Source: Syntrophales bacterium | GTDB taxonomy: Bacteria; Desulfobacterota; Syntrophia; Syntrophales; UBA2210 | Length of the DNA stretch: 64,000 nt | NCBI GenBank assembly: GCA_963662405.2 | Contig: CAXXKT010000001.1 | Coordinates: forward strand, 1,792,001-1,856,000 | Direction of reading: 5' to 3' | In this document: positions 40,037 to 52,200 of the stretch, piece by piece | How positions within the stretch are numbered: the first letter of the stretch is position 1 | Layout: every line of letters starts with the position of its first letter | Position numbers and translations under genes: made by a program | The notes under the pieces: generated by a model | Seen by the model: the letters and a program-made list of their open reading frames with translations, nothing else | Told to the model about the DNA's origin: nothing | The model's database searches: none

Positions 40037-41608
40037 GTGCATATCGTGAAAGGGCGTGAGCAAAAATTCCGTTTCAGGATAGTCATCCCGGCCTACCCGG
40101 CCTTCAATATCTACTCCCGGATTGCGAAACAGACAACGGCCCTGGGGCCTGTCTGTGTGGCCACGGTCGTCAGCACAATGGACGGGTGGGATGTCGAGAT
40201 TATTGATGAGAACAATTACCGCAAGTTCGGTCCGCGGGATGAGACCGGTCGTCCCGATCACAACACCCTCCACACCATCAGGCACGCTGATGTAGTGGGC
40301 CTGTACGGGGGGCTGAGCAGCACGGTCCCGAGGCTCTATGAACTGGCCCGATTTTACCGAGGACAGGGCGTCACCACGATTGCCGGCGGCCAGCATTTCA
40401 TCGGCGAGAATATCCGTGAAGCGCTCGACAACGGAGTCGATTTTGTCGTTCTGGGTGAGGGGGAGGATACCGTGCGTGAGCTGCTCCAGGTGCTGCGGGA
40501 GGGTGGTTCCCCCGATCGGGTTGCCGGTATTGCCTATCGAGAGGACGGGCGGGTCGTGCAGACCGCACCACGGGGGGACATCACGGATTTCGACAGTCTG
40601 CCCCTCCCCGATTTCAATCTCCTTCGCTACGCGAAGATCAAGCTGTATCCGATCAGTTGGGTCCGTGGTTGTGGGATGAACTGCGAGTTTTGCACGGTGA
40701 AGGGAAAAGCACGCCCCTCTTCGGTCGAGCGCGTTGTCGAGCAGATCAGTTCTCTCCTGGAGAAGCGCGGCGCGCGGCATTTCTTTATTGTCGACGATCT
40801 GTTCGGCTACCGGCGTGCCGAATCCCTGCGGCTGTGCGAGATGCTGGCCCACTATCAGAAGGCCGTCGGGACGCGGCTGGATATCACCGTGCAGATCAGG
40901 CTGGACCGGGCCAAGGACGCGGAGCTGCTCCAGGCCATGCGAAGCGCGGGGATTACCATGGTCTGTATCGGCTTCGAGTCGCCCATCGGGGAGGAACTGG
41001 CGGCCATGAACAAGAAGATCAATCCGGAGGAGATGCGCGCCATGACCGCGCTGTATCACAAGGCCGGGTTCCTCGTGCACGGCATGTTCATCTTCGGGTA
41101 TCCCCTCCCGAAGGGCGTGGGGGTGACGATGCCCGCCAGACAGCAGGTACGACAGTTCCGGTCCTTCATCAGGAAGACCCGGATCGATACCATCCAGGTC
41201 CTGCTTCCCGTTCCCCTTCCCGGTACGGAGCTGACCGAACGGCTCCGGGCGGATAACCGGATCTTTCCGAGAGACTGCATCGGATGGGAATACTACGACG
41301 GGAATTTCCTGCTCTTCGAGCCGGACGAACCGCTCACGGCGGAGGAGATGCAGACCGCGATCGGAAAGATCATGGGCCGGTTTTACCGGTTCCGGTATAT
41401 GTTCGCGATCGCGGGGAACGTGCTGATCTTTCCGGCCATGGTGTTCTCGCTGTGGAATATCAAATTCGGCTGGGGCAAGTGGTATCGGGCCTGGCGGAAC
41501 GATCTCATGCGCTTCGGCGGCTGGATCATACTCAGGCGCTGGCGGTCCGAGTTCAAAAGAAGCGCGTTTTTTGGAAAAGCTCAGGGAGGCCGAGCAGAGG
41601 CTTCGTGA
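40037..41608 (+). CDS. B12-binding-domain radical SAM protein
   Basis: 'RGCGMNCEFC' CxxxCxxC; N-terminal 'IIDEN','AGGQH','GEGE'. Confidence 0.88.
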   Translation: MHIVKGREQKFRFRIVIPAYPAFNIYSRIAKQTTALGPVCVATVVSTMDGWDVEIIDENNYRKFGPRDETGRPDHNTLHTIRHADVVGLYGGLSSTVPRLYELARFYRGQGVTTIAGGQHFIGENIREALDNGVDFVVLGEGEDTVRELLQVLREGGSPDRVAGIAYREDGRVVQTAPRGDITDFDSLPLPDFNLLRYAKIKLYPISWVRGCGMNCEFCTVKGKARPSSVERVVEQISSLLEKRGARHFFIVDDLFGYRRAESLRLCEMLAHYQKAVGTRLDITVQIRLDRAKDAELLQAMRSAGITMVCIGFESPIGEELAAMNKKINPEEMRAMTALYHKAGFLVHGMFIFGYPLPKGVGVTMPARQQVRQFRSFIRKTRIDTIQVLLPVPLPGTELTERLRADNRIFPRDCIGWEYYDGNFLLFEPDEPLTAEEMQTAIGKIMGRFYRFRYMFAIAGNVLIFPAMVFSLWNIKFGWGKWYRAWRNDLMRFGGWIILRRWRSEFKRSAFFGKAQGGRAEAS

Positions 41609-41735
41609 CTTCGCCCACACAAATGTGACGGACAGCCGGTAGTGGCCTGCGGCGGACCGATAGGGATTTACACCGGGAGCCCGGTTTCTTTCAAAAAACC
41701 GGTGCACCACAACCATGTGACGGAGGATTAATACG

Positions 41736-42557
41736 ATGACATTGCGAGCTGAGATGAGAAACATGGCCCTTTTCTGTGACTTCGAAAATATCGCCCTGGG
41801 CGTCCGCGACGCGAACTACGCGCAATTCGACATCGACAAGGTACTTGAGCGTCTCCTGCTCAAGGGGAACATCGTGGTGAAGAAGGCCTACTGCGACTGG
41901 GCGCGCTACAAGGAATTCAAGGCGGCGATGCACGAGGCCTCCTTCGAACTGATCGAGATCCCCCACGTGCGCCAGGCGGGGAAAAACTCCGCCGATATCC
42001 GGATGGTCGTCGATGCCCTCGATCTCTGCTACACGAAGGAACATGTGGATACCTTCGTCATCATCAGCGGCGATTCCGATTTTTCCCCGCTTGTGAGCAA
42101 GCTGCGGGAGAACAACAAGATCGTGATCGGTGTCGGCGTCAAGAACTCGACATCGGACCTGCTCATGGCAAACTGTGACGAGTTTATCTATTACGACGAC
42201 CTCGTCCGCCGCCAGCCAGCCCGCAAGAAGCCCCCCGCCAAGGAGGGGGCGCGAAAACCGGCCCGGAGCGCGGCCGCCAAGGCCGCAAAGGCCGGGGAGG
42301 ACAGGAAGCAGGAGGCATGGGATCTGATTGTCGAGACTTACGAGGCCCTTGTTGAAGAACGCGGGGAGGAAGAAAAGATATGGGGTTCCATGATCAAGCA
42401 GACCCTGAAGCGTCGCAAACCCGGCTTCAGCGAGTCCTACTACGGGTTCCGCTCCTTCGGACAGCTTTTGGAAGAGGCGGAGGCACAGGGGATCCTCGAT
42501 CTGGAACGGGAGGAAAAGTCGGGTGGCCTGATCATCAAGAGCTTCCACGTTTCATGA
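41736..42557 (+). CDS. NYN (LabA/DUF88) domain protein with C-terminal OST-HTH/LOTUS
   Basis: 'DFEN', 'GKNSADI', 'SGDSDF', 'FSESYYGFRSF'. Confidence 0.9.
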   Translation: MTLRAEMRNMALFCDFENIALGVRDANYAQFDIDKVLERLLLKGNIVVKKAYCDWARYKEFKAAMHEASFELIEIPHVRQAGKNSADIRMVVDALDLCYTKEHVDTFVIISGDSDFSPLVSKLRENNKIVIGVGVKNSTSDLLMANCDEFIYYDDLVRRQPARKKPPAKEGARKPARSAAAKAAKAGEDRKQEAWDLIVETYEALVEERGEEEKIWGSMIKQTLKRRKPGFSESYYGFRSFGQLLEEAEAQGILDLEREEKSGGLIIKSFHVS

Positions 42558-42675
42558 CGGCCACTGTTCGGACAGAAGGGCTCCACGAGGAGGGAAAGAG
42601 ATTTCCCCGTGCGGGAGAACATTCGTCGGATTTACGAAAGAGGGTCTTATGGGGCGGCAGAAGTGTGGAATACCG

Positions 42676-43656
42676 TTATTCCGGCGGATACCGGCGCAGG
42701 ATCTCGCTGATGATCCCTTTTTTGTAAAGTTGTTCAAAGGCGTCCACGACCTGGGGATCGAAAAAGGTTTCTTTCCCCGCCATGACCTCGGTAAGGGCCG
42801 CATCTTCAGGCCATGCGTCCTTGTACGGTCGAGCGGTGGTGAGGGCGTCGAAGACATCGGCGACACTGACGATCCGTGAAGAAAGCGGAATCTCTTCGCC
42901 CTTCTTTCCGCTCGGGTAGCCGAACCCGTCCCACCGCTCGTGGTGATTCCCCGCGATATCACGCGCCATCCGGTAGAAGGATTTGTCACGGAGGATGGTA
43001 ACCCCCTCCAGGGGGTGTTTCCGCATCTCCTGCCATTCTCCCGCCGTCAGTTTCCCCGCCTTCATGAGGATGTCGTCCGGGACATGGAGCTTGCCCACGT
43101 CGTGCATCATGCTGGAATATCCGATCTCGGCAACCTCTTCTTCCGGGAGCCCGAGCTGTCCGGCAATGGCCTCGGAATAGCTGCGGACACGCTGGAGGTG
43201 ACTGCCGGTGATGTTGTCCTTTGCCTCCGCCGCCAGGGAGAGCATGAAGATGGCCTCAAGGCTCATCTCGTAGAGCCGCTGCTCCAGGCGCTTCATCTCC
43301 GTGATGTCCCGCGCGATCCCGATATAGGCGACGGGTGTCCCGTCTCTGTCACGGATCTGGGATATGGAGAGGAAGGAATGCCACTGTTCGCCGGATTTCT
43401 TCAGATTGATGATTTCGCCGCGCCACCAGCCGCCGGCCAGGATGACCGACCACATCTCCTTGTAAGTGTCAAGGGTCGTATGAGGCGATTTGAGGATACG
43501 GGGCTTCTGCCCGACCGCTTCTTCCGAGGTGAAACCGGTAATGGTGGTGAATGCGGGGTTGACGAAGAGGATGACGCTGTCGAGATCGGTAATGACAACA
43601 GAGTCAACCGTGTTTTCAAGGGCAAAGCGGAAATAGTCCTCAACGATCATGCTCAT
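42676..43656 (-). CDS. PAS + HD-GYP cyclic-dinucleotide phosphodiesterase
   Basis: PAS 'FVNPAFTTITG', 'HDVGK', 'HHERWDGFGYP'; ATG 43656 with GAGG RBS. Confidence 0.9.
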   Translation of the reverse strand: MSMIVEDYFRFALENTVDSVVITDLDSVILFVNPAFTTITGFTSEEAVGQKPRILKSPHTTLDTYKEMWSVILAGGWWRGEIINLKKSGEQWHSFLSISQIRDRDGTPVAYIGIARDITEMKRLEQRLYEMSLEAIFMLSLAAEAKDNITGSHLQRVRSYSEAIAGQLGLPEEEVAEIGYSSMMHDVGKLHVPDDILMKAGKLTAGEWQEMRKHPLEGVTILRDKSFYRMARDIAGNHHERWDGFGYPSGKKGEEIPLSSRIVSVADVFDALTTARPYKDAWPEDAALTEVMAGKETFFDPQVVDAFEQLYKKGIISEILRRYPPE

Positions 43657-43804
43657 GCGATTACCTCTTTTCGTCCCGGATGTTATCTGCCGGTTCCTGA
43701 CGTAAATATTAAACCATAACGCTATCTTCCTGTCAAAATTATTGTACCGCCGGTTTTTGTGCTTGGTCTTGCTGATGCCTTTGGCAAAGCGTTCTGTCAT
43801 TTTG

Positions 43805-43832
43805 TTGACATTCCGGCACCACGGTGTAAGAT
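43805..43832 (+). promoter_or_regulatory. Sigma70-like promoter
   Basis: TTGACA - 16 bp - TAAGAT upstream of the racemase. Confidence 0.5.
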
Positions 43833-43884
43833 GAACGGCGAATCGCTCCCTGGGGGGAGCGTTATCGCACATCAGAGGGGTATT

Positions 43885-44583
43885 ATGAAGACCATCGGTA
43901 TGATCGGCGGAATGAGCTGGGAGTCGACGGTGTCGTACTACCGGCTTGTCAACGAACTCGTCAAAGAGCGGCTCGGCGGTCTCCATTCGGCGCGGGTTGT
44001 CCTGTACAGTGTCGATTTCGCGGAGATCGAGGAACTTCAGGTCGCCGGCAGGTGGGATGAGGCCGGGAAGATCCTGGCGGGTGCGGGGAGGATTGTCGAG
44101 GCCGCCGGAGCGGATTTTCTGGTCCTGTGTACCAACACCATGCACAAGGTGGCGGATGCCATCGAGGCGGCGGTCACGATACCGCTCATCCACATTACCG
44201 ATGCGACGGCGGCCGAGGTGCGAACAGCGGGGTTGTCGACGGTCGGATTGCTCGGTACGCGGTTCACGATGGAGCAGGAGTTTTATCGGGGGCGGCTGGA
44301 GAAACAGCACGGGATCAGAGTTCTGGTGCCGAATGAGCCGAATCGTGATACGGTCCACCGGATCATCTATGACGAACTGTGCGCGGGGATCATTGACGAT
44401 ACCTCCCGGGGCCGATACCGTGAGATTATCGGCAGGCTGGTGAAAGAGGGCGCTCAGGGTATCATCCTCGGGTGTACGGAGATAGCGCTCCTGGTATCGC
44501 AGGCGGACTCTCCGGTTCCGCTCTTCGATACAACCGCTATACACGCACGCAACGCGGTCGATTTCGCCCTTGGGGAGAGGTGA
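43885..44583 (+). CDS. Aspartate/glutamate racemase family (YgeA/RacX-like)
   Basis: 'MKTIGMIGGMSWEST', 'CTNTMH', 'LGCTEI'. Confidence 0.92.
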   Translation: MKTIGMIGGMSWESTVSYYRLVNELVKERLGGLHSARVVLYSVDFAEIEELQVAGRWDEAGKILAGAGRIVEAAGADFLVLCTNTMHKVADAIEAAVTIPLIHITDATAAEVRTAGLSTVGLLGTRFTMEQEFYRGRLEKQHGIRVLVPNEPNRDTVHRIIYDELCAGIIDDTSRGRYREIIGRLVKEGAQGIILGCTEIALLVSQADSPVPLFDTTAIHARNAVDFALGER

Positions 44584-44600
44584 CGCCTCGGGAGAGATGC

Positions 44601-44963
44601 ATGGCCGATCGGGATGCCGTTCTTATTGGTGTGGTCATTATCTGTGTCTTCCTCTGGCGGTGCGCGCGCACCCACTAACTCTATCTGACATCCCTCCACG
44701 TCCACACGCGGGGCCTGAATCCCATACGGTTCAAGCCCCACGACCTTCGCAGCTTTCTTGAACAGACCCTTCTGGGAAGACGCAGCGTAAAACCCGGATC
44801 TTTTTTTGTCCGGGGCATTGTCCCGACGGTTGTTGCGGTTTCTCTCTTTCCCTTTAAAGACTGTGCGCCGCTCCTCTACCGGACCGTTATCGTCATGATT
44901 GTGCTCTATATCCCGTGGTGCATCGTGCACGGCATCCTCTTGAAAAAAAGGCTTTCTCAGTAA
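44601..44963 (+). pseudogene. Small membrane protein gene interrupted by in-frame TAA (44676-44678)
   Basis: GGAG RBS, ATG 44601; frame resumes after TAA to a stop at 44963, giving about 120 codons with three hydrophobic segments. Confidence 0.5.
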
Positions 44964-45311
44964 ACGGCACTTGTTCTCAGGTGGCTTTCTATAAGGTTCA
45001 TTATCACTGAAGCCGAGGTATCTGCGGTGAATCACCATGGATGGAATGATATCTGTATTGCCGTCTGTGGCGTGCTTCGTAAGCCATATGTGAGGAATGA
45101 AGGAATCGGATCTGGTCCGGCAACAAATGAAACGAAGTTAAGGTTTGATTGTGTTTGTCCGATAAAGATAATAGCAGCTTCTAAATGTGTCTTGCCGGTA
45201 TTGAGATAATGGTAAGGCCGGACCGGACCCATGGAGGAGCGAGGCATTATCAGGTACCAGCAAATGGAAAGCTGGTGATTGTCAATGGACGGAACGGGAA
45301 CAGGGATTGCG

Positions 45312-48300
45312 ATGATTTCGAGAGCTGAAAAAGAGCGGATGCGGCAGATTACAGATGCCTTAACGCAGGCGGCGGAAGGACGGTACGACGTGAGACTCAA
45401 TTTCGCATCGGAAGGCGGCCCGCTCGGTTTCGTGGCGAGCGCCGTCAACAAGTTGATCGAGAGAGCCGGTCAGAGTGTTTCCTCGATGGACAGGCCGGTG
45501 GATGATCAGATGCTTGACGTCCAGCGCTACCGGAATATTCTCGACAGTCTCGAAGAGACCTATTTTGAGACCGACCTCGCGGGTCGTCTCCTCTTCTTCA
45601 ACGGGAGGGCACTCAGGGACCTGGGGTATGCCCAAGAAGAGTTCCAAGGTATGCATTTTCAAGACCTCGTGGATGAAACCAATGCCGCCGTGGTGTACGC
45701 GGCGTTTCACGAGGTCTTTGTGACGGGCCGACCGAACAAGGGCTTTGAATGGGAGGTGTTAAAGAAAAACAAGGAAATCATAGAAGTCGAATCATCGGTT
45801 GCCTTGCTGCGTGGTAACAAGGGCGAAGCCGTCGGTTTCCGTGGCGTGGTTCGCGACATCACCGCGCGCAGACAGACCGAGCGGGATCTGCAAGAGCAGG
45901 AGAAGAAATACCGCGAGATCCTGGAAAACATGGAGGACACCTACCTGGAGACGGACCTGAGGGGCAACTTCACCTTTTTCAACGACTCGTTGTGCCGGGC
46001 CCTCGGCTATTCTCGCGAGCAGCTTCAGGGTATTCATTATCGTCTCGTCACCCCACCGGAACGTGTCCGCGAGGTATACCGTGCCTTTCGCGAGATCTAC
46101 ACTACCGGTCGGCAGAAGACCTTTATAGAAAGCAGGGTGATCGCTGCTGATCGTTCGGACGCGTATCTCGAATTTTCCATGTCTCTCCTGCGGTCTTCCG
46201 CAGGTGAACCGATCGGTTTCTGCGGTTTTGGTCGTGATGTTACCGAAAAGATCAAGGCACGGCAGAAGATTCAGGAAAGCGAGAGGCGACTTCGACTCAT
46301 CACCGACAACATCAGCGACATCATCTGGACGATGGACTTCAACCTGCGTTTTACGTACCTGAGCCCGTCAGTCTTTCGCGTACTCGGCTACACGCCGGAA
46401 GAGCTCATGAACCTTCCGCTCAGTCTGATGGTGCCGGAGGATACGTATACGATGTTTCGGCGGCGTCTGGACAACGAGCTGGTTCAGGAACGAAGCGGGG
46501 CTGTTCTTGAAAAGGGGAGAATCCTGACCATTGCGATACCGCTGATACACCGGGACGGAAGCACGCGGTCGATGGAGATCAACATTACCTTCAACCGTGA
46601 CGAGCATGGAAGCCCCTTCGAAATTGTCGGGGTAACACGCGATATCAGTGACCGCAGGCAGATTGAAGAGGCCCTAAGAGACAGCGAACAGCGCCATCGG
46701 GTGATCGTCGAAAACGTCAATGAAGTTGTCTGGACATTCGGCATGGATCTTGGATTCATATCAACCAGCCCGGCAAGTGCCCGTGTAACCGGGTATCCCA
46801 ACGAAGAGATGGTGATGATGAAAGCACAAGATTTGCTCTCACCGGCATCCTTTGAACTGGCCGCGCAGATACTGGACGAAGAGCTTGCAGTGGAAAACAG
46901 CGGACAACCTTTTGACCCGCATCGTTCCCGAACCCTGGAGCTGGAAGTCCGCCGCAAGGATGGCGAGCATATCTGGGTGGAAGTAAATACCAAATTCAAT
47001 CGCGATGCGGATGGCAATCCGACGAAGGTCCTCGTCGTCGGACGGGACATCACCGAACGCAAACAGGCCGAGGAGGCACTGGAAGAGAGCGAGAAACGGT
47101 ACCGGATGATCGTAGAAAACATGCAGGATATCATCTGGACCATGGATCTGAATTTCAACTACGCTTACCGCAGCCCGTCCAACATCCAGATAACCGGCCA
47201 CACCCCGCACGAAATCAGCGAAATTTTACCAAGGGATCTGCTTACCCCGGAATCCTCCGCCCGGGTGGGGCAGGCCTTGACGGAAGAATTGGAAAACGAG
47301 TTCGGCCCCAATCCCGTTGATCCTCACCGGTCGAGGACGCTGGAACTGGAGGCATATCACAAGGACGGCGGAACGGTCTGGATCGAGGTAACGGCGACAT
47401 TCCTCCGCGATGACGAGGGCAACCCCGTTGAAATCCTGCTTGTCGCTCGGGATATGACCGACCGCAAGCGGATCGCGGGTGAGCTGGAAGCAAGCGAACA
47501 GCGCTATCGGATGATTGTCGAGAATATGTCGGATGTTATTATGGTTATGGGCCTCGATTTTACGGAACAGTACCGCAGTCCCTCCGCGGCGCACCTGACC
47601 GGTTACACCCTTGAGGAACTGAGCGCTATTCCCACGCAAGAACAGGTCACCCCGGAGTCCTACGCCCTGGTGGAACAGATACTGATGGAGCAGTTGGAAA
47701 AAGAATCAGATCCTGATGCCGTGGACCTACACTGGTCGCGGACACTGGAAGTGGAACTGTATCACAAAGACGGCGGAACGGTCTGGGTTGAGGAAACGGC
47801 GACGTTCCTCCGTGATGCCGACGGCAGACCTGAGGCAATCGTGCTCGCCATCAGGAATATTACCGAGCGCAAGCAGGCAGAGGAGGAGAAGGAAAGACTG
47901 GAAGGCCAGTTAATCCAATCCCAGAAGATGGAGACCGTTGGTCGCCTGGCGGGGGGCGTGGCACATGATTTCAACAACATGCTCAGCGTTATCCTGGGGT
48001 ATGTAGATCTGGCCAAACTGCGTCTGGTCAAGGAGCATCCCGTCCTCAAGGATATTAACGAGATAGAAAAGGCCGCCGTCCGCTCCCGCGACATTACCTC
48101 GCAACTTCTGGCCTTTTCCCGGAAACAGATTATCACCCCCACGGTCGTCAACCTCAATGACCTGGTCGTCAACACGGAAAAGGCTCTGTCCCCCCTTATC
48201 GGTGAGGATATCCACCTGAAGGTCCGGATTGAAGAAGAACCCTGGATGATCAAGGTTGATCCGTCCCAGATCGAACAGATCCTGATCAACCTGGCGGTGA

Positions 48301-49046
48301 ATGCCCGTGACGCGATGCCTCATGGCGGAAAGTTGACGATCGAAACCCGGAACGTTACCATCGATGAATTCTATTGTCGGGGTCACCTCGACTTTACCCC
48401 CGGTGATTACGTTCAGTTGTCGGTCAGTGACAATGGCACAGGGATGGACCGGGAAACGATGGGGCATATCTTTGAGCCCTTTTTCACCACCAAAGAGATG
48501 GGAAAGGGAACCGGTCTGGGAATGGCCACCGTATACGGAATCGTGAGGCAAAACAGGGGTGTTATCAACACTTACAGCGAGCCGGGACACGGGACGATCT
48601 TTAAGGTCTATCTCCCGCGGACCACCGAGGAAAGAGAGGTCTGGAAAGAGACCGATGAAAAGTCGATTACCGCCGAAGGGGGAACCATCCTTCTGGTGGA
48701 GGATGACCCCATGGTGCTTGAAATTACCAGGGGAATGTTGGAATCCATCGGCTATAACGTGATTGCGGCGGATACGTCACAGGATGCCATGAATCTCTGT
48801 CGTAAAGATGACACGCCGTTCAGTCTGGTTATTACCGATGTGGTGATGCCGGCCATGAGCGGCAAGGAACTGATAGACGAAATCAAAAAGGTCCGACCCG
48901 GCATCAAGGTGCTGTTCATGTCCGGTTATACCGCCGATGCCATCGCTAATCACGGTATATTGGAAGAGGGCATACAATTCTTACAGAAGCCCTTCGGGCT
49001 CAAGGAACTGGCGCGGAAGGTGAGAGAGGTCATGGCGGTCGATTGA
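45312..49046 (+). CDS. Hybrid histidine kinase: 6 PAS-HisKA-HATPase-REC
   Basis: '[11 protein letters not shown]', 'NARDAM', 'FFTTK..GKGTGLG', C-terminal REC; start 45312 or 45279. Confidence 0.93.
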   Translation: MISRAEKERMRQITDALTQAAEGRYDVRLNFASEGGPLGFVASAVNKLIERAGQSVSSMDRPVDDQMLDVQRYRNILDSLEETYFETDLAGRLLFFNGRALRDLGYAQEEFQGMHFQDLVDETNAAVVYAAFHEVFVTGRPNKGFEWEVLKKNKEIIEVESSVALLRGNKGEAVGFRGVVRDITARRQTERDLQEQEKKYREILENMEDTYLETDLRGNFTFFNDSLCRALGYSREQLQGIHYRLVTPPERVREVYRAFREIYTTGRQKTFIESRVIAADRSDAYLEFSMSLLRSSAGEPIGFCGFGRDVTEKIKARQKIQESERRLRLITDNISDIIWTMDFNLRFTYLSPSVFRVLGYTPEELMNLPLSLMVPEDTYTMFRRRLDNELVQERSGAVLEKGRILTIAIPLIHRDGSTRSMEINITFNRDEHGSPFEIVGVTRDISDRRQIEEALRDSEQRHRVIVENVNEVVWTFGMDLGFISTSPASARVTGYPNEEMVMMKAQDLLSPASFELAAQILDEELAVENSGQPFDPHRSRTLELEVRRKDGEHIWVEVNTKFNRDADGNPTKVLVVGRDITERKQAEEALEESEKRYRMIVENMQDIIWTMDLNFNYAYRSPSNIQITGHTPHEISEILPRDLLTPESSARVGQALTEELENEFGPNPVDPHRSRTLELEAYHKDGGTVWIEVTATFLRDDEGNPVEILLVARDMTDRKRIAGELEASEQRYRMIVENMSDVIMVMGLDFTEQYRSPSAAHLTGYTLEELSAIPTQEQVTPESYALVEQILMEQLEKESDPDAVDLHWSRTLEVELYHKDGGTVWVEETATFLRDADGRPEAIVLAIRNITERKQAEEEKERLEGQLIQSQKMETVGRLAGGVAHDFNNMLSVILGYVDLAKLRLVKEHPVLKDINEIEKAAVRSRDITSQLLAFSRKQIITPTVVNLNDLVVNTEKALSPLIGEDIHLKVRIEEEPWMIKVDPSQIEQILINLAVNARDAMPHGGKLTIETRNVTIDEFYCRGHLDFTPGDYVQLSVSDNGTGMDRETMGHIFEPFFTTKEMGKGTGLGMATVYGIVRQNRGVINTYSEPGHGTIFKVYLPRTTEEREVWKETDEKSITAEGGTILLVEDDPMVLEITRGMLESIGYNVIAADTSQDAMNLCRKDDTPFSLVITDVVMPAMSGKELIDEIKKVRPGIKVLFMSGYTADAIANHGILEEGIQFLQKPFGLKELARKVREVMAVD

Positions 49047-49269
49047 CCCGGTCCGAACGGATATCTCCGCACCTTCTCTTTCTGAGGAATGATGTATGAA
49101 AATCAATATTATCATCGCAAATCACGACTACCTTGCCACATGCACCATGGGACGGCTATAAAATCGTTGTTGCAATAAAGGGTCGTCGGGGAATAAAAAC
49201 AAGGATGGTCTCACCCTCGACCGGATTTTTTTATGATACGGATTAAGCAACAGGTGACACTACGGAGGA

Positions 49270-52200
49270 ATGATGCGTGAACACGTTCTGATCGTTGACG
49301 ATGAAAATGCCAATCTCTATATGATAGAAACACTGCTGAAGGGACATGGCTTTCAGGTGACTTCAGCTGAAAACGGAAAGGATGCCCTAGAGAAGGCCCG
49401 TCTTGTCCCCCCCGACCTGATCGTCACCGACATCCTGATGCCGGTAATGGACGGTTACGCCTTGTGCCGGGAGTGGAAATCGGACAATACGCTGAAAGAG
49501 ATCCCTTTTGTATTTTACACCGCAACCTATACCGATCCCAAAGACGAGGTCTTTGCCCTCGGCCTCGGAGCGGACCGATTCATTCTCAAACCACAAGAAC
49601 CCGAGGTATTGATCAGTATACTGCACGAAGTCCTGCAACAGACCGGTACGGAAAAAGAGCGGAACACGAAACCCCTCGGTGAAGAGATGGAATTTTTCAG
49701 GCGGCATAACGAGATCCTCTTTAAAAAACTTGAGAAAAAGATGGCGGATCTGGAAACCGTGAACAGGCAACTCAGGGAGAGTGAAGAATGGTACCGGATG
49801 ATTGCCGAGAAGATAACCGATATCGTGTGGCTGGCCGACATGGACCTGCGGACGACATACGTTACCCCCTCGGTACAGGGGGTACTGGGTTTTACCCCGG
49901 AAGAATGGATCCATCAGGCCGCCGATCAGCAGTTTACCCCCGAATCGCTGGCCTATGGGATGGAGGCCCTGACCCGGGAGTTCGCGCTCGAAGAGGAGGG
50001 AAATGCGGAGCCCGACAGGGTCGCGCACCTTGTCCTGGAATACTACCACAAGGACGGATCGACCCGCTGGATGGATACGGACATAACCGGTATTCGTGAC
50101 GACAGGGGGACCCTGACGGGGTTGTACGGTGTGTCGCGTGATGTCACTGCCCGCAAACAGGCCGAGGATGAACTCAAAGGTACGAAGGCATTGTATCAAT
50201 TGCTCTTTGAAGATGCACCCCATGGCGTGGTGATCCTGGACCCCGAAACGGCCCGAATCGTGGGATTCAACGAAAAGGCATGCCTGCAACTGGGCTATTC
50301 GCGCGAGGAATTTGCGGAATTGAACGTTTCCGATATTGAGGAAATCGAATCGCTCGATGAAATCAAAGCGACGATCGCACAAGTTATCCATAAAGGCAGA
50401 GCCGATTTCGAAACACGCCATCGGACAAAACAGGGTGAAGTCAGGGATGTCAAGGTAACGGCGCAATATGCGGAGATTCAAGGGAAGCACGTTTACCACT
50501 GCGTGTGGCAAGACATCACCGAGCTCAAGAAGGCCGAGGAGGCCCTCAGGGACAGCGAACAGCGCTATCGTTTGATTGTCGAAAACGTGAACGATATCGT
50601 CTGGATTGTGGGGCTGGATCTCCAGTTTGTCTACGTCAGCCCTTCAAACACACGCGTCTCCGGATACACGCGTGAAGAGATCATGAAAATGGCATTGAGT
50701 GATGTGGTCATTCCCGAGTCCTTTGAACTGGCATCGCAGATTCTTTCAAAGGAACTCGCCCTGGAGGCCTCCGGACAGTCCTTCGACCCGAACCGCTCCA
50801 AGACCTTAGAGCTTGAAGTCTATCACAAGGACGGCAGGCAAGTCTGGCTGGAGGTGAGTGCCGCTTTTAATCGTGACGATGAAGGTCGTCCGATGGAGAT
50901 CCTTGCCGTGGGAAGGGATATTACCGACCGCAAACGGGCCGAGGGGCAGCTCCGGGAGAGCGAGAAAAAGTACCGGACCATTCTCGAAGAGATGGAGGAA
51001 GGATACTGGGAAGTGGATCTTGCGGGGCGTTATATCTCCTGCAACGATGCTTTGTGCAAGATCCACGGTTTTCCGCCTGAGAAATTGATGAAGATGACCT
51101 TTCGTGATTATACCGACCCCGAGACGGCAGAGAGGATAGCCACGGTTTGTAATCAGGTCTATCGAACAGGGAAACCCTCCCGGATTAGCGATCACGAAAT
51201 CATACGGGGAGACGGTACCACGGGGAGGGTCGAGTTCAACGTCTCCTTGATGAGGGAGGATGAAGGGAGCCCGATCGGGTTCCGGGGCATTACCCGTGAC
51301 GTCACGAAACGAATACAGGCCGAGCAGAACCTGCGGGAGAGCGAAGAAAAGTACCGCACCATCCTCGAATCCATTGAAGACGGATACTGGGAAGTAGATC
51401 TCAAGGGGAGATACACCTTCTGCAACGATGCCCTGTGCGCATTGATGGCACGTTCTCGTGAAGAGATCATCGGGATGAACAATCGTTCATATGTCGATCC
51501 TGACGTGGCGGAGAAGGTCTATAGGATTTTCAACGCGGTCTACCGGACGGGAATCCCGGCAAGCGTAATGGATTATCGATTTGAGAGAGTTGACGGCCGC
51601 ATGGTAACGCACGAATTATCCGTTCATTTGCGAAGAGATGCCGCAGGGGCCCCGATCGGATTCCGGGGCATTTCCCGTGACGTGACCGAGCGACGTACGA
51701 TGGAGGAAGCACTGGCGGAGAGTGAACGGCGCTACCGGATGATCGTGGAGAATATGCATGACAGTATCACGCTGCTTGATCTCGATCTGAACTACGTCTA
51801 TCAGAGCCCTTCGGGAACTCGGTCTGTCGGGTATGCCCCTCAAGAGATCAGGAATATGCCCGTACAGGATCAGATGACCCCCGAATCATATCGCCTGCTG
51901 GAGCAGGTGCTGGTGGAAGAATTCGCGTTGGAATCCAGCGGAAAACCCGTCGACCCTCACCGGTCCCGCACTATGGAGCTGGAGATCTATCACAAGGACG
52001 GCGGGACGGTCTGGGAAGAAACCACGGCGAGTTTTCAACGGGACGAACAGGGAAGACCGGTCGGTATTCTTTTGACCAGTCGTGATATTACTGATCGCAA
52101 ACGAGCCGAGGAACGGTTGCGGGAGAGTGAAGAGAAATACCGTACGATCCTCGATTCCATAGAGGAGGGCTACTGGGAGGTAGATCTCAAAGGGAGCTAC

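Noticed and set aside
43657..44544. Apparent 622-aa HD-GYP fusion
   Set aside because: The extension is the antisense shadow of the racemase; the real start is 43656.
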